From Monocercomonoides exilis PA203 (lineage: Eukaryota; Protista; Preaxostyla), in the NCBI GenBank assembly GCA_001643675.2, contig LSRY02000026.1, positions 1,116,001 to 1,180,000 on the forward strand: DNA of 64,000 nucleotides, written 5' to 3'. The notes under the pieces are model-generated. The model ran no database searches. It saw nothing but the letters and a program-made list of their open reading frames with translations, and was not told the DNA's origin. Positions 13,130-24,967 of this stretch are shown here, in pieces (position 1 is the first letter of the stretch; each line of letters opens with the position of its first letter). A program made the position numbers and the translations under genes.

Positions 13130-14140
13130 AGTGAAGATTTTTTATTGATGATTTGCAGCAGCCTGAGCATGTTTGAGCAGCTTGAGGAAACGACCACAGT
13201 TGCATCCATGCAAATTATGGCACTACAGAAGAGCATGGATTTTGTCTACAGATGGATGAGCGAGTGGCTGTTTGCATCGATTGCTTGCGAAAAGTGAATT
13301 TGTGGGGGAAGTTGCAAGAAATTTGAACTTAGTAATATATTACAAAACATATGATGCGATATTGACTGTGATATTTTGAATGAAAAATAGCTTTAGCAAG
13401 ATGCTAAAAAAGCGAGGGAAATGTTAGAAAAGTTGAAATGAACCGCTTGTTCATTTTGTGGGAAATGCAGTGCACTTGACATATCTATTGGGTAGGACTT
13501 GTTTTGTGGAAAAGGAAAGGAAATTGGGGGGATTGAACAATGGAGGAAGCGAGCAGAGCGGGACATCCAACAGGCCTTAACAACAAACGCATTGCCATTT
13601 ACGCGAAACCCTTTGGAAAGCCATCATCAAAGACATGACGTTGAATTGGATTTTGAAAAGGAGATAATTTGGAGAATATGTGTTTTCATCTGATATCATG
13701 TCCAACTTCACAATTGATTCTGTGCGTTCGATGACGTTCTGCATCAGTCATTTATTGTCCAGTTGTCTGTTTTTTTATGTGGTGTGAGGCAATTTTGGAG
13801 AACAAGAAAACTTGCTGGGCCGATCATTTCGAGTGCATTGGAGATGGGAAAATATTTCAAGACCAAAAAAAAATGGTTTGACTATTTTATTTTGTTCATT
13901 TTTCTTTAAAGGTGTGTTTTCAATGAGTACAGATTGGGAACGAATGGAAATACCATTGAATGAAGCCTTCTTTTCATTTCGCGAAAGAACCATAAGTTTT
14001 GAGGTTATTCTTGTTTGGATTGCATTCAACGATGACATTCATGTCTTCTGCCATATGTCTTGTATGACGCATAGCCTGACAATGCTTAACATGAGCTTGA
14101 AAGATAAAGGCAGTCTGTTTGGCTTATTTGTTGAGGGTAT
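13130..14140 (-). pseudogene. Decayed PrimPol-like archaeo-eukaryotic primase domain
   Basis: Collinear fragments in shifting frames: KQTAFIFQAHVKHC..EDMNVIVEC..LKTY..FIQWY, KIVKPFFFGLEIF, IVKLDMISDENTYSPNYLLF and MDATV..NMLRLL. They resemble the PrimPol N-terminus and motifs I-III. Confidence 0.45.
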
Positions 14141-14699
14141 TTGGCAGAAGCTACTCTTTTGTAGGGGCTGATGATTAGGCTGGTCATTCACATTCAGAAC
14201 ACATTCAGTTTTTTCTATCGCACAACATGACTTGGAAAAGCTGATATCTTCTCTTCTTCTTCACCTTCTTCTTCACCTTCCTTATCATTCTCAACAGTCT
14301 CACTTCAACAAAAGATGTTCGTCGCCAGAATTGATATACCAATCACATAATCATAAAATTCTTCATTTTCTTCTCCTTGCCTTTGAAATTTTTGCAATTG
14401 AAGTCAACTTCTTCGATCGTCAATGCTTTCTTCGATTTCGAATTATTCTCTGCCAATATCCTCATCATACATGAAGTTCACTTGAATTGTTGACATCATT
14501 GGACAAACATAATTTTCTTTTTGTGAGACAAAAGCAGTTCAACCTCACAAAGAAAGTCAATTATTTGTGGACTTCCATCTTTATCTGTTCGCATCTCTCT
14601 CCCTTTCACATATTTTGTGATGAAGATTGTATATTTCATCTGAAATCAACTCATCGAATGACATATTTTTATCTATCGACATTACTCAAGTCATTGTCA

Positions 14700-15900
14700 A
14701 CATCTTTAAAAAAGGATTAAATTCGTTTCACAATTCTCAATTGCTCCACCTTCATAGCTTTCATGATCTTCTGCTTCCTCTTCTATCTCTTCTTCCTATT
14801 CTTCAATTTCTTCTTCTTCTTTTTCATTTTTTTAAGCCTTATCTTCATCGTTTAATTCTTCTTCTTTTGAAGATAAACCTTTCACCCCACTCCTTCTCCA
14901 AATTAATCAAATCACCCTCTTTTCCTTGCTCCTTATTCATCCCCAAACCATTCTACCACATTTGCGCCTGTTCCTCATCTTTCCCAACTCCATCTGCACT
15001 TCCGTCTGAAGTTATGCCCGAAGACCCATCTGCTGCCTTCTTCTGCTCTCCTGTTCTCCTGTTGGATGCCATCGGCTGGAAATGTACTGTGCACTTTAGG
15101 TTTCATTGGATACAACTTGTCTGCCTCTGCTTCGGTCAACTCCTTCATAAACCTGAGCAGACTCAGTCCAAGCGCCTCCACAGCCAGCAGCGTCATCGCT
15201 TCTTCCAGTTTCCACTGATTCTCTTTGATTCTTTTCACAAACTCTCTGTGAGTTGTCTGATAGCCACCTTTCACCTCATCCACCTTCACCTTCCTCTTCT
15301 TTTTTTCGTTCCTCCAGCACTGTTAGCAAAAGAGTCACATCTTCCATCCTCATCCACGTTTCCTCCAATTCCTTCTCCACAGTCTCCCCCACTTCGCACA
15401 TTGTCACTTCGTCATCCAGCTTCACCACAGAATACTTCGACTGAACCTATTGCAAAACCAGCTGCGCTATTGATAAATGCAGCAGTTATTAATCAAGCAG
15501 ATTATCAATTGAAGAATGAGAGTCCACGTCAGTTTCCGCAAATATCTTCCTGCTTCCAGGTTTCGTTACCATCGATTCCACAAGCAACGTTACTAAAGCA
15601 ACAAACGGAACTGAAAGCATTGCCGAAAGAGCCACATTGTTGGTACGCACAACATGTGCCCATGCAGCATCTTCAACAACGGCTTTTTGTGATTAGCATT
15701 CACTCCACTTTCTTCAGATGCAACAATCAGCTTCCTCCTCTCGATGTAGTCTATTTTTGCTTCACACATATTTGACGCTGCAACCTCCGACGAATCCGAA
15801 GGTTCACTTGCAGGTGCTCATGATGAAGATGAAGATGAAGATGGCTTATGATCTACTGCTGCCTTCTTCTCTTCGCTTCTCCACCTCTGGAATGGTGAAG
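14700..15900 (-). pseudogene. Decayed copy 1 of an uncharacterised repeated gene family
   Basis: Shares VALSAML-VP-V..TK-GS-[RK]IF, KLEEAMT-L-VEALG and DGIQQENRRA with copy 2 at 36.5-37.9 kb; the first block is also in copy 3 at 43.6-45.3 kb. Stops and frameshifts present. Confidence 0.65.
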
Positions 15901-17467
15901 CAGTGAGGCTAACAGCTGCAGACGAGGAAAGAAAAACATTGGAAGAAGAAAAAGAAAAAGAAAAAAAAGATAAAGTTGCACATGAATCCTTCGTTCAATG
16001 ATTGTAAATGTCTGTAGAAATGTTAATAAGACCAGAAGACTTGTTTCGATTGGTGTTTCCAAGAGAAGACTACAGACTGGCGATGTTGACAAGGAAGCAG
16101 ATGGTTGTGGTTGTGAATGCGGATAAGATAATTGACAATTCATTCAGAGAAGCTGAAAGTTATGAGAGACAGAAAATGAGCTGATTGAAGATAACGAAGC
16201 TGCAGACGAGGCATTTTGAGAGAATGAGGCGAGAAATGGGTGAACAAAGTGGGGATTTCTTGAAAAGATTGCTCTGTTTCTAAAAGAGAAGGATTGGGAA
16301 GACAACTCAAAAGGGAAATCTCTTCATTTTTTTTTTTGAATGGCCTTGCATCAAGATGTGTCCAGTGAAGTGGAAAGAAGAATTTTTGAGTTAGCTCAAA
16401 GAAGACTGTGCGGCTGCAAAAATAATTCTCGCATTCCGAATCAGAAGGTCCTTTGCTCTCTTCATTCTTTTTGTTTGGCAGATGAATTGTCAGATTTATT
16501 TCATCTTGAGTTTTTGGTAAATTGAAGATGTTGTTGAATTCTTGTGCTTCCAGAACGCAGCTAATGGCGAACTTGTTTTTAATTTTATTTTTGGCACTTC
16601 TCATTCAATCATCGTTTGATTGAGATTAAATGGGTTTGAGGTGTAATAGGCATTTGCTAAACCTCAAATAAAAATGTTTGTTTCAGTTATTGTTGATGCT
16701 CCACCAATCATGAAACCATGCATCTTCAATGGCGGAGACAGTCTTCGTGTTACTGTGTTATTTGTCTATTTCTATCTTAAAAAATTTTGTCATGTCTTTA
16801 CGTATTTTGCTCCATTTTCGCTTTGAACCGTCAATTCAAATTGATTTTTGATTTATCAATTCCTTCGTTTTCAATAATCTCAGAGTCATCTTGAAAATAA
16901 AAGTCCTTCAAGAAAATGACCAATATAAAACATGTTTGGCGAACAAACATTCTGTGCTCCTGTCTTCGGACTTTATCCGCCAATCAAAAAGAATTATTGA
17001 TTCTTTTCTGTTATTTGAGAATTTGGCTGTTTGATTGCTTTCATTCTCTCTTCAGTCAAATTCCATTTCCGTGGAATAAGTTTGCTCAGCTCCAAACCAA
17101 GTTGAAATGTGACTCATGCAACAAAACGTAACCAAAAATAAAAAATTATAAAAAACAAACTATAATTTGAAATGATGATTTCCTTTTGGTTTGATCAAAG
17201 AGAAAAAAAAAAACATTTGCTTTTTTATTCTTTCTCAGCCAAGACCATTTGCTTTCGGTGAACATTCTTTTTTTCGCACTAATTTTTGCAAAGTGAAGCA
17301 ATTGGTTTTGTGTTTGTTATGTTTTCATTTTACAAAGCTATCAAAGATGTTTCTTTTTTCCTTTTATTTCGTTAAGTGACGAACAATTTCGAACAATTTA
17401 AGAAGTTATTACTGTAAATAGAATGAGCTCGTACAACACTGATGAGCGTGCTGGGGCAATTCTGGAG

Positions 17468-18868
17468 ATGTCCAGAACAGAGAAGTTTTCTGGTTTGTGC
17501 ATATTCATTTGAATTTCCAATTGTATTGATAATTTTGTTTTTGAAAAATTGTTTTCTGAACTTGAAGAGTGCGATGAAGATGAACAGAAACAGAAAATCC
17601 TTGAGATAAATGGAATTGTTGATGGAATAAATAAGGAAGAATTTCAAACAGTTTTCACAAAAGAACAGTATGATAAAATAAACAAAATGATTGAAAAAAA
17701 GAAAATTACGTTGGGAAATGCCATTTTGTTGCTAAAGCGCATTGGATATAGCAATGAAATGAAACATTTTTCATTATTTTATTTTAATGAACCATTATTG
17801 AGCAAAAGAATGAGAGAGATGATCATTGAAGAAGATAAGAAGAAAAAGGATGAAAAGAACGAAAGGTATCTGATTGATCTTTGCAAATGCTTCACTTTGC
17901 TATATTTCTACTTCATTTCGGATGAATTACGTTCAATAATTGTGTCATGCCTTCTGAAAGCTGCCTCGAAGAAAGAGGAAAACGAGGAGAATCAAAAAGA
18001 AGTGGAAATGGCTTTGCTAGCTTTGAGACGCATTAACATGTATCGTGTTTGAGCATTTCTGTTTTGTTTTTGATATTATTTTTTATTTTTTATGTTTTCC
18101 GATTTTTATTAGAAAATGGAAAAAGAGCTGTATTTTAATGAGATCAAAGAGATTGTCCAACATCATAAGGAACATCACAACCTTACTCAGCTTTCGTATC
18201 AGTCTGCCTGGCAGGTTTTAATCGAAGGATTTTGCATCGACAAAAGCTTGGAAGAAGTGATTGTGAATGAGCTGCATTTTTCGAGTGAGGCAGCAAGAGA
18301 AATATTAGAACTGCTGAAATGTATCGACTGGAAGAGAAAAGAAGAAGAAAATGGAAGAAGAGAAGTTCAAATGATAAAGAAATGGCTCAATATGATTTAT
18401 GAGTTCTTTCGCTCATTCACGCTGCGGAACGAAGAACTTGCTGAACTAATGCGTAGTCTTATTCAGTTATCTCGAGCAGCAAAAGGGAATAATTTAGTAA
18501 TTAGCAATCAATGCTTTTCTTTATTAGGAAGTGCAGCAGAAAAGAGAAATGTGAAAATTGATGACTTGTTGAAAAGTGGAGCTATTATTGCTGTTTTGGA
18601 GGAAATGAAGCAATCGACTTTGAAAGATGATATTATACAGGAATGTTTGAATTTATTTTATGCAATATTAAGGCGATTGAAAAAAGAAGAGGAAGACGAA
18701 ATTGAAGAAGCGAAACGACAAATTGTCAAAATGGAGTTGCATGAAAAGATGGAAGAAGAAGGATATGAAGATGCCATAGCTGGCTTTCACAAAGTATTTT
18801 ATTTTCTTGATAGAAAACACTATGATAGTTTATCGTTGAATATTTCAGATTATTTTGTGAATGTTTGA
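17468..18868 (+). CDS. Member of an expanded lineage-specific alpha-helical protein family; intron 18047-18112; probable short first exon (MSRTEKFS)
   Basis: ORFs 17549..18052 and 18116..18868 join in phase 0 through GTTTGA..TTAG. End-to-end similarity to the gene at 11480..12830. The acceptor of the putative first intron lacks AG, so the 5' structure is uncertain. Confidence 0.75.
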
Positions 18869-19078
18869 GAAAACGAGACTCGTTTCATTTTGCAACTAAA
18901 ATATTTTATTTTATTTTATTTTATTTTATTTTTTTTTTTTTTGGTTTTATAATTTGTCTGCAAATGGCTGTTTGGAACAATTTTCAATTGAATATTTTTG
19001 TTTGATTGTCTGATGATTTTCGGATAATCTTGTAAATGTTCGAGGAATTGAGATGTTGTTAATTTTGTAACTCAAATT

Positions 19079-19152
19079 TTTTCTTTTTTCTTTTTTCTTT
19101 TTTCTTTTTTCTTTTTTCTTTTTTCTTTTTTCTTTTTTCTTTTTTCTTTTTT
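19079..19152. repeat. 8-bp tandem repeat (TTTTTTCT-type, about 9 copies)
   Basis: Read directly from the sequence. Confidence 0.9.
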
Positions 19153-19835
19153 ATTCAAATTACAAAATGGGAGGAAAACAATAAATGAATTATTATAAAA
19201 TATAGTTTTTATTTCCTTTTTCTAAAAAAAGAAAAATAAGAAATTCTTTTCTTTTCAGTAAATTCCATCAAGAATCTTCATTGAATGGATCATTGCCCTC
19301 CATCTTCTTCAACAAGATTCATTTTTTAAAACAATGCAATCGATTATTCAGTTTTTGCCTTTTGAAGCCTCAGAACTTTTGAGCTTATTCTCTTTCTGGT
19401 TGTTTTTTCAATGAAAAAAGAAAAGGAAAGTGGTGAAAAAAAAGTCAGAGAAAAGTTAATAACAGAATAAATAACGCTCATTTATTTTTGTGAAAAAACT
19501 TTGTTAAATCAATTATTAAAGAAAGATCCAAAAATCAAGAACAGATTTTTTTTCTTCCTATTACACTGACAATCAAAAATAACTGATCCACTTTCAAAAA
19601 TTGAAAATATGAAGCAACAGTTATGAAAGAAAAAAAATTACATTCAATTATTATTATTATCAAACACGTTAATGCTTTGCTATAGAGATAATTTTTTTTT
19701 CTCTTTTCAAAAACAATAAAAAAAGAACGATTTTCCTGTAAGCAGAAAAAATTATTTGTCAAAAATATGTGATCTGAATTTTCAAAAAAAAGTTAAATTT
19801 CAAAAATTAATGCCAATAACATAATAAAAAATAAA

Positions 19836-21080
19836 TTAATAGTTGATTGATCCTCCTTCATTTAAAATAACTGTTTGAAGGCGTTTGCACATCGAATGAA
19901 CAAGTTTATTAATAATATCCATTTCAATTTCATTCCAGGCATCCAAAATTGATTGTTTCAGCTCATTCACATCTTTCTTTGGCTTTCCATCTTTGAAAAC
20001 TATCATTGTTAAAATTCTCCACACATTTTCAATGATATTTAAATCTGGAGAATAAGGGGGCCATTCTACGCTGGTTATTGAAAAATCTTTGATAACATTC
20101 TGCACCTTAAAAGATCGATGAATTTGTGAATTATCGTGGATAAATCTCCAATAATTTTTGAATCGCTTGCGTGCATAAGGAATCAACGAAAATTTCAAAA
20201 TACGACAATATTCCTCAGAATTCATTGTTTCACTGACAAGAACGATTGGTGATTTGAAATTAAAACCCACTGCAGCCCATATGGGTAATTCTTTTTGAAA
20301 AGTCGCAAATGTTTAATTTTCAAATAAATCAAAAATTTCATATTTAGCTCAAATTTCTGTTTCCACTCACGAATCTTCTGAAGAATGTGTGAAATAGCAT
20401 TATCCAGAAATAGATTCCATATTAGAGAAGCTTGTTGAATGTTAATAAAAATTTGAGCAAAATATGAAATTATTGATTAATTTGAAAATTAAACATTTGC
20501 GACTTTTCAAAAAGAATAATTCATATATTTATTTTTTCATGTTTTTTCTGACTTTGATGATCGAAAATTTTCTCATTATCTTTTTCAATCCATTCCATTC
20601 TTGTATTATCCGGTCCAAATAAATTGAATTTTTTTTCATCTGCGAAGATCGTAAGTTCCCATAATTCATCATCCCTTAAATGTTTTTCAGAAAATTCGTT
20701 TCTCTTCTCATAAGCATTCTTTGATAGGTAAGGTATGATTTTTCTCTTCGTATGTTTTCTATTTATTAAGCGCAATAGTCGATGAGCAGTGGAATTGCTG
20801 CAATTCACACCAAGATAATCGGTTAGATCTCTGGCTCTTCGAATTTGTATGCATTTTGATTCTTTTTTTAGCTTTCCTCAACAGAGCAGGAGTAAGAATT
20901 AGTGGCCTTCCGAGTTTGCGTCTGACAAGCCGTTTTGATTGTATATGGTTTGTTTTCAAGTACTTTTTTTGCAGTATTGACAGAAATATTCAATAAACGA
21001 GCAATTTCGTTTCTTCCTTTTCCTTGATCGCGCAGTATATGTATTCTCTTTTGAATCGAGCCCTTTGTAATTCTTGTCAT
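19836..21080 (-). pseudogene. Tc1-like transposase with two N-terminal frameshifts and a MITE insertion
   Basis: HTH (NEIARLLNISVNTAKKVL), GRP, IFADEKKFNLFGPD, HDNSQIH, WPPYSPDLNIIENVW. There are 34 residues between the second D and the E. Confidence 0.9.
20283..20522. mobile_element. 240-bp MITE with ~75-bp TIRs and ATAT target-site duplication
   Basis: GGGTAATTCTTTTTGAAAAGTCGCAAATGTTTAATTTTCAAAT.. is mirrored at the right end. ATAT at 20279-82 and 20523-26. Removal restores the transposase frame. Confidence 0.92.
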
Positions 21081-22944
21081 TTTGTTTTGTTTGTGTATTA
21101 TTTCTTTTTTTGTATTAATACTTTTATCATTCGCAAATTAACCTTTTTTTCCGGATCACATTTTTTTGAAAATTATTCCCTGCAAAATATAAAAATAAAC
21201 GTTTTTTTATATTGATCAAGTCTTTTTTTAAAAACAAAAACTGATAAATCTTTTATATCATTTTGTAATTTACTGATCGATATATTTTTGCTTTCGACTT
21301 ATGCATTTGTTGTAAAAAAAATAAAGAAGCATCATCAGGATCACATAATTCTGATGAGCAGTGTAAATCCATTTCTCTTCTCTTCTTTTCCAAAAGCGAT
21401 GTTGAAGAACAATGATCCAAAATAGTTCTAAAGAATTGTTTCGGCTGCACCTGCTGCTTTCCTTTGCATTCACAATTATCAATGCAGTTTGCTCTTTTCC
21501 ATTTCAATAGTATTCCTATTATAAAAAAATAGCCTTCAACCTAATTACCCTTGGTGGAAAACCCGGTAGTTGGTGACTCGAAATAGTCGGATTTTTCAAC
21601 GTTAAAGTCATCTCAATTCTTTTTGAGTATTCTTGTTTTTGTTTTATAAGATTTTTGTGAATGTTAAATTTTATGTTTGTTAATAAAAGTGGGTGATTTA
21701 AATTAGAAAATTATTTTTTATATTTGATCAAAACCATAAAGATGAAAAAAGCATGCAGAAAGCTCAACTACAGCTTAAGAGAAAGGTTTGCAATAAAATG
21801 TTTCAGCGGGCATTTGAAACAATTTATATGTCTTTTAACTTGCAACAATAATTTTAGTGAATATATGCTGCATTCCTTTTTTCGAAGAGTGTACATTTTT
21901 TGTGATAAGCTATTAAAAGAAAGATTGCTGTCTGCTATTTTTTTGTATTATGTTTATTTTATTGTTTTTTGTTGAATGCTATTATTTAAATCTTCGAAAA
22001 CGAAGTTTGAACAGCACAGTTTTACGCACATATTTTTGAAGTTTATTTGTGTTTAACTTGCTCAATGATAAGTGAAACATTGATTTTTTGTTATTTAAAC
22101 AAGCTAGTTGCTGTTGTTTAAATTTTGATATGCATCAATGCATATTCAGTGAGAATTTTGAAATATTTTGTTTATTGAAATTTCTTCAATTCTTTTTATG
22201 CAAAATTAGTTATCTCCTTTTTTTATTATTTTTCTTTAATCTATACTCAATACGTTGTGCGTGTTGTTTTTATTTCTTTAAATTCTTTTTTGTCACAAAT
22301 ATTTTTCTTGAATTATTTTACTTAATTTTTATTTTTTATTATTTTATTATTTTGTGAATTTACCTGCTTGTGTATTTTTTGCAGACATATGTTGAATATT
22401 AAACAAAATTCATATTTATCAATAAATCTCAATAATTTTATTGATGACAATTTTTGTTATTTGAACAAATTGAACAAAAACAACATTTTTCATTTGAAAG
22501 TTAATAAAGATTTAAAACTACAGCATATTTCAATTTGCAACACAAGTGTTCAATAAATAAATAATTTTAAGAGCTTAAAAATTCAAGGGCTTTTTAAAGA
22601 ATGAATACAAAAGGAATAACCTTTTTTTCTATGAGGTGTTTCGAATTCAAGTGTGAACATTGATTCAATAAATATACATACAAACTGCTTGTTGTATTTC
22701 AGAGATTTCAATTTCCACAAATTTTTATAAGTTTGGGTGACGGATTGAAAAATTGATGGAAACGTCAGTTAGCAAAATTTTTTCTCTTCAGTGTTAAATA
22801 ATCATTTGACTCTTGATTTAAAAAACAATTAGACATTATATTCATTTCAATAAATTTATTCAGATGTATTCAATAATGATTTTTGAACTTTATCATTTTT
22901 CTATTTTTAAAAAGATTATAAACCATAATAATAACACTTAATAT

Positions 22945-23213
22945 GGGGGAAAATACAGACTTTCAAGCTTTTTTTGCACAAAGCAAAAAAAAAATTACTT
23001 CGTTCATAACATTATATAACTTAATCAAATTATGAAATAGATTTCATTTTCATATCCGTAAACATGCATTATTGAAATCAAAACACAAAGTTTTCCAACA
23101 TTTCACGAATGTCAAAAAATGGACCAATTTTAATTTCGTTTTTTGTTAACAAAAAATGAATGAATAGTGCATAATTTTTTAATGAGAATGCCTGAAGTGA
23201 AATATTTAATCCC
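22945..23213 (+). mobile_element. 269-bp non-autonomous element, GGG...CCC ends, ATAT TSD
   Basis: ATAT|GGGGGAAAATACAGACTTTCAAGC ... AAATATTTAATCCC|ATAT. Homologous to 62091-62357, 62387-62654 and 63609-63647. Confidence 0.85.
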
Positions 23214-24029
23214 ATATGAAAATTGATTAAATTTTTGTTTCACATTCACATTGAATGATCGTTGCTCGGTTTGAATATTGTTGTTAAACCTTATTAATGT
23301 GTGTGCGTTTCTTTCCGAGCAGCAGGTTGCAATTGAAGAAAATAAGTTAAGAATATAACATTTTTATATCCAGGATGAATATCAAATAAGGAAAGCGAAT
23401 TCAGATAGAAGCTTTGTAGAAAAAAGGGATTAGTATGTGAAATTGAAGAATCAATTGCAAAAACACATGAAAAAGGAAGTGATAATGAATTTTTGTTGAG
23501 AAAACCGTTCCTTTTGAAACAAAACATTGAAATAATTCTCAATATAGGTTTGTTTCATGTTTAAAGTTTTTTAGAAGAAATTATTATTATTTTGATTCAT
23601 TCAGTGGCAGAGGAAACCGGAGATTATTTCAGTTTTCGGAAGAAAAGTGCGGAAAGAAAATGACAAATCGAAGAAAGTCAAGATATTTTGAAGATGACAA
23701 TTTTTGGCTTTGGTGTGGATAATTTTTTAAAGATGCATTTTTGTGAGAGAAGCAAATTGAAGCTGAAGAGATGGAACATTGAAGATATCACATGTGTTTC
23801 CAATTTGGAGATGGGATGAAGAATTAGTTCGAGTAAATTGTTCAATAAATTTTGGTTTCTTCCCATCAGAACACATTAGCAAAAGACAGTAGCCTTAAGA
23901 TAAGAATTGCAATGTGTTTCTCAGTTTATGTTTATTGACACTTATCTTCTCAATTTTTTCAATAAATAGTCTTATTCGATCTTTTATTATTATCGTCAAC
24001 TTCTTCTTCAAATACATCAAAACACAGGT

Positions 24030-24104
24030 ATTTTGATTAATGAGAAAACGTTTCTTGCTTCCTTCTCTTATATTTTTGAGAGCGCCACGTTATGGGTCAG
24101 TCAC
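24030..24104 (+). repeat. Left ITR of DIRS element B
   Basis: CTTCCTTCTCTTATATTTTTGAGAGCGCCACGTTATGGGTCAGTCAC is the exact reverse complement of 28582-28628. Confidence 0.9.
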
Positions 24105-24125
24105 GAATGCTGATCAAAAAAAAAC

Positions 24126-24967
24126 ATGTCGACCATCTTCGTGGGAACCAAACTCGCGACCGAACATTGCGCAGCTCCGCTGACTGGTGTCCCTCCGAGT
24201 GCAATTCCTTCAATAGCAGGGAGTTATTCCGCTTCCCAATCAAGCGTTCAGTCGGAGCTTGATGGCCAAATAGATCCAACGCGAAGTGAAGAAGATGAAG
24301 GAGATCCCTCGTTGCATCAAACATTCATCGAAATATTTGGACAGCCGCCTGAGGTTTCACTTAACGATATGCATCTTCCAGAAAATAAAATTAATGAAGC
24401 GCTTTCACTTATGAAAGATGAAGATTTGAGTCCATTTATTCGGAATGCTCCACCACCATTTACAAGATCCAAAGTTTTTTGGAAAGACGCGTTCAATCGT
24501 GCGGGGGAACGGACGGAAACATATCTTTATCCAGCAGTAAAGTTTCTTATCTCAGCATGCACAAATATCAAATCAGAAAACATAACAAAAGATATGATTG
24601 AAGATTCATGTTTGCTTTTAACCCAGTCACTGAAAGAAGCTAGACACGTTAGAATACATGCAAGATATGGATTTTCTGAAGCAGAAAAAATGAAAGACGA
24701 GTTCTCATCATCGCTGTTAACTCAAAGACAAAAAGAAATTTTAGAAGAATCAAAGAAGATATCCACGAAACAAAGATGGGGGTCTGCAAGTATTACAAAT
24801 TTATATACAAGGAAGAAACAAACCAGGGGATTTATAGCGGAACAAAGAATTATCGGTTTTTTCGAGATTGGCCCCTGACGCCCAGCACAAAACGATCATT
24901 CATCACAAGCAGCGCTCCAAGAAATTACTCAAGAGGGAGTTCCAGGGACAAAGCAAAGTCTCAATAG
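24126..24967 (+). pseudogene. gag-like ORF1 of DIRS element B (probable frameshift near 24800)
   Basis: 250-aa ATG-initiated ORF just inside the left ITR. A basic tail continues in frame 24776..24967 and overlaps the start of pol. Confidence 0.6.

Larger units (their letters stand above)
19743..21182 (-). mobile_element. Tc1-family (DD34E) DNA transposon, inactivated
   Basis: Imperfect TIRs (CAG..TCAAAAA[TA]ATGTGATC..AAAAAA[AG]GTTAA) at ~19743-19805 and ~21128-21182 bracket a transposase gene. The TA duplication is not preserved. Confidence 0.85.

Noticed and set aside
14627-15775. 382-aa plus-strand ORF (and the similar 36789..37649)
   Set aside because: These are antisense shadows of the purine-rich minus-strand pseudogene family; paralog similarity is coherent only on the minus strand.
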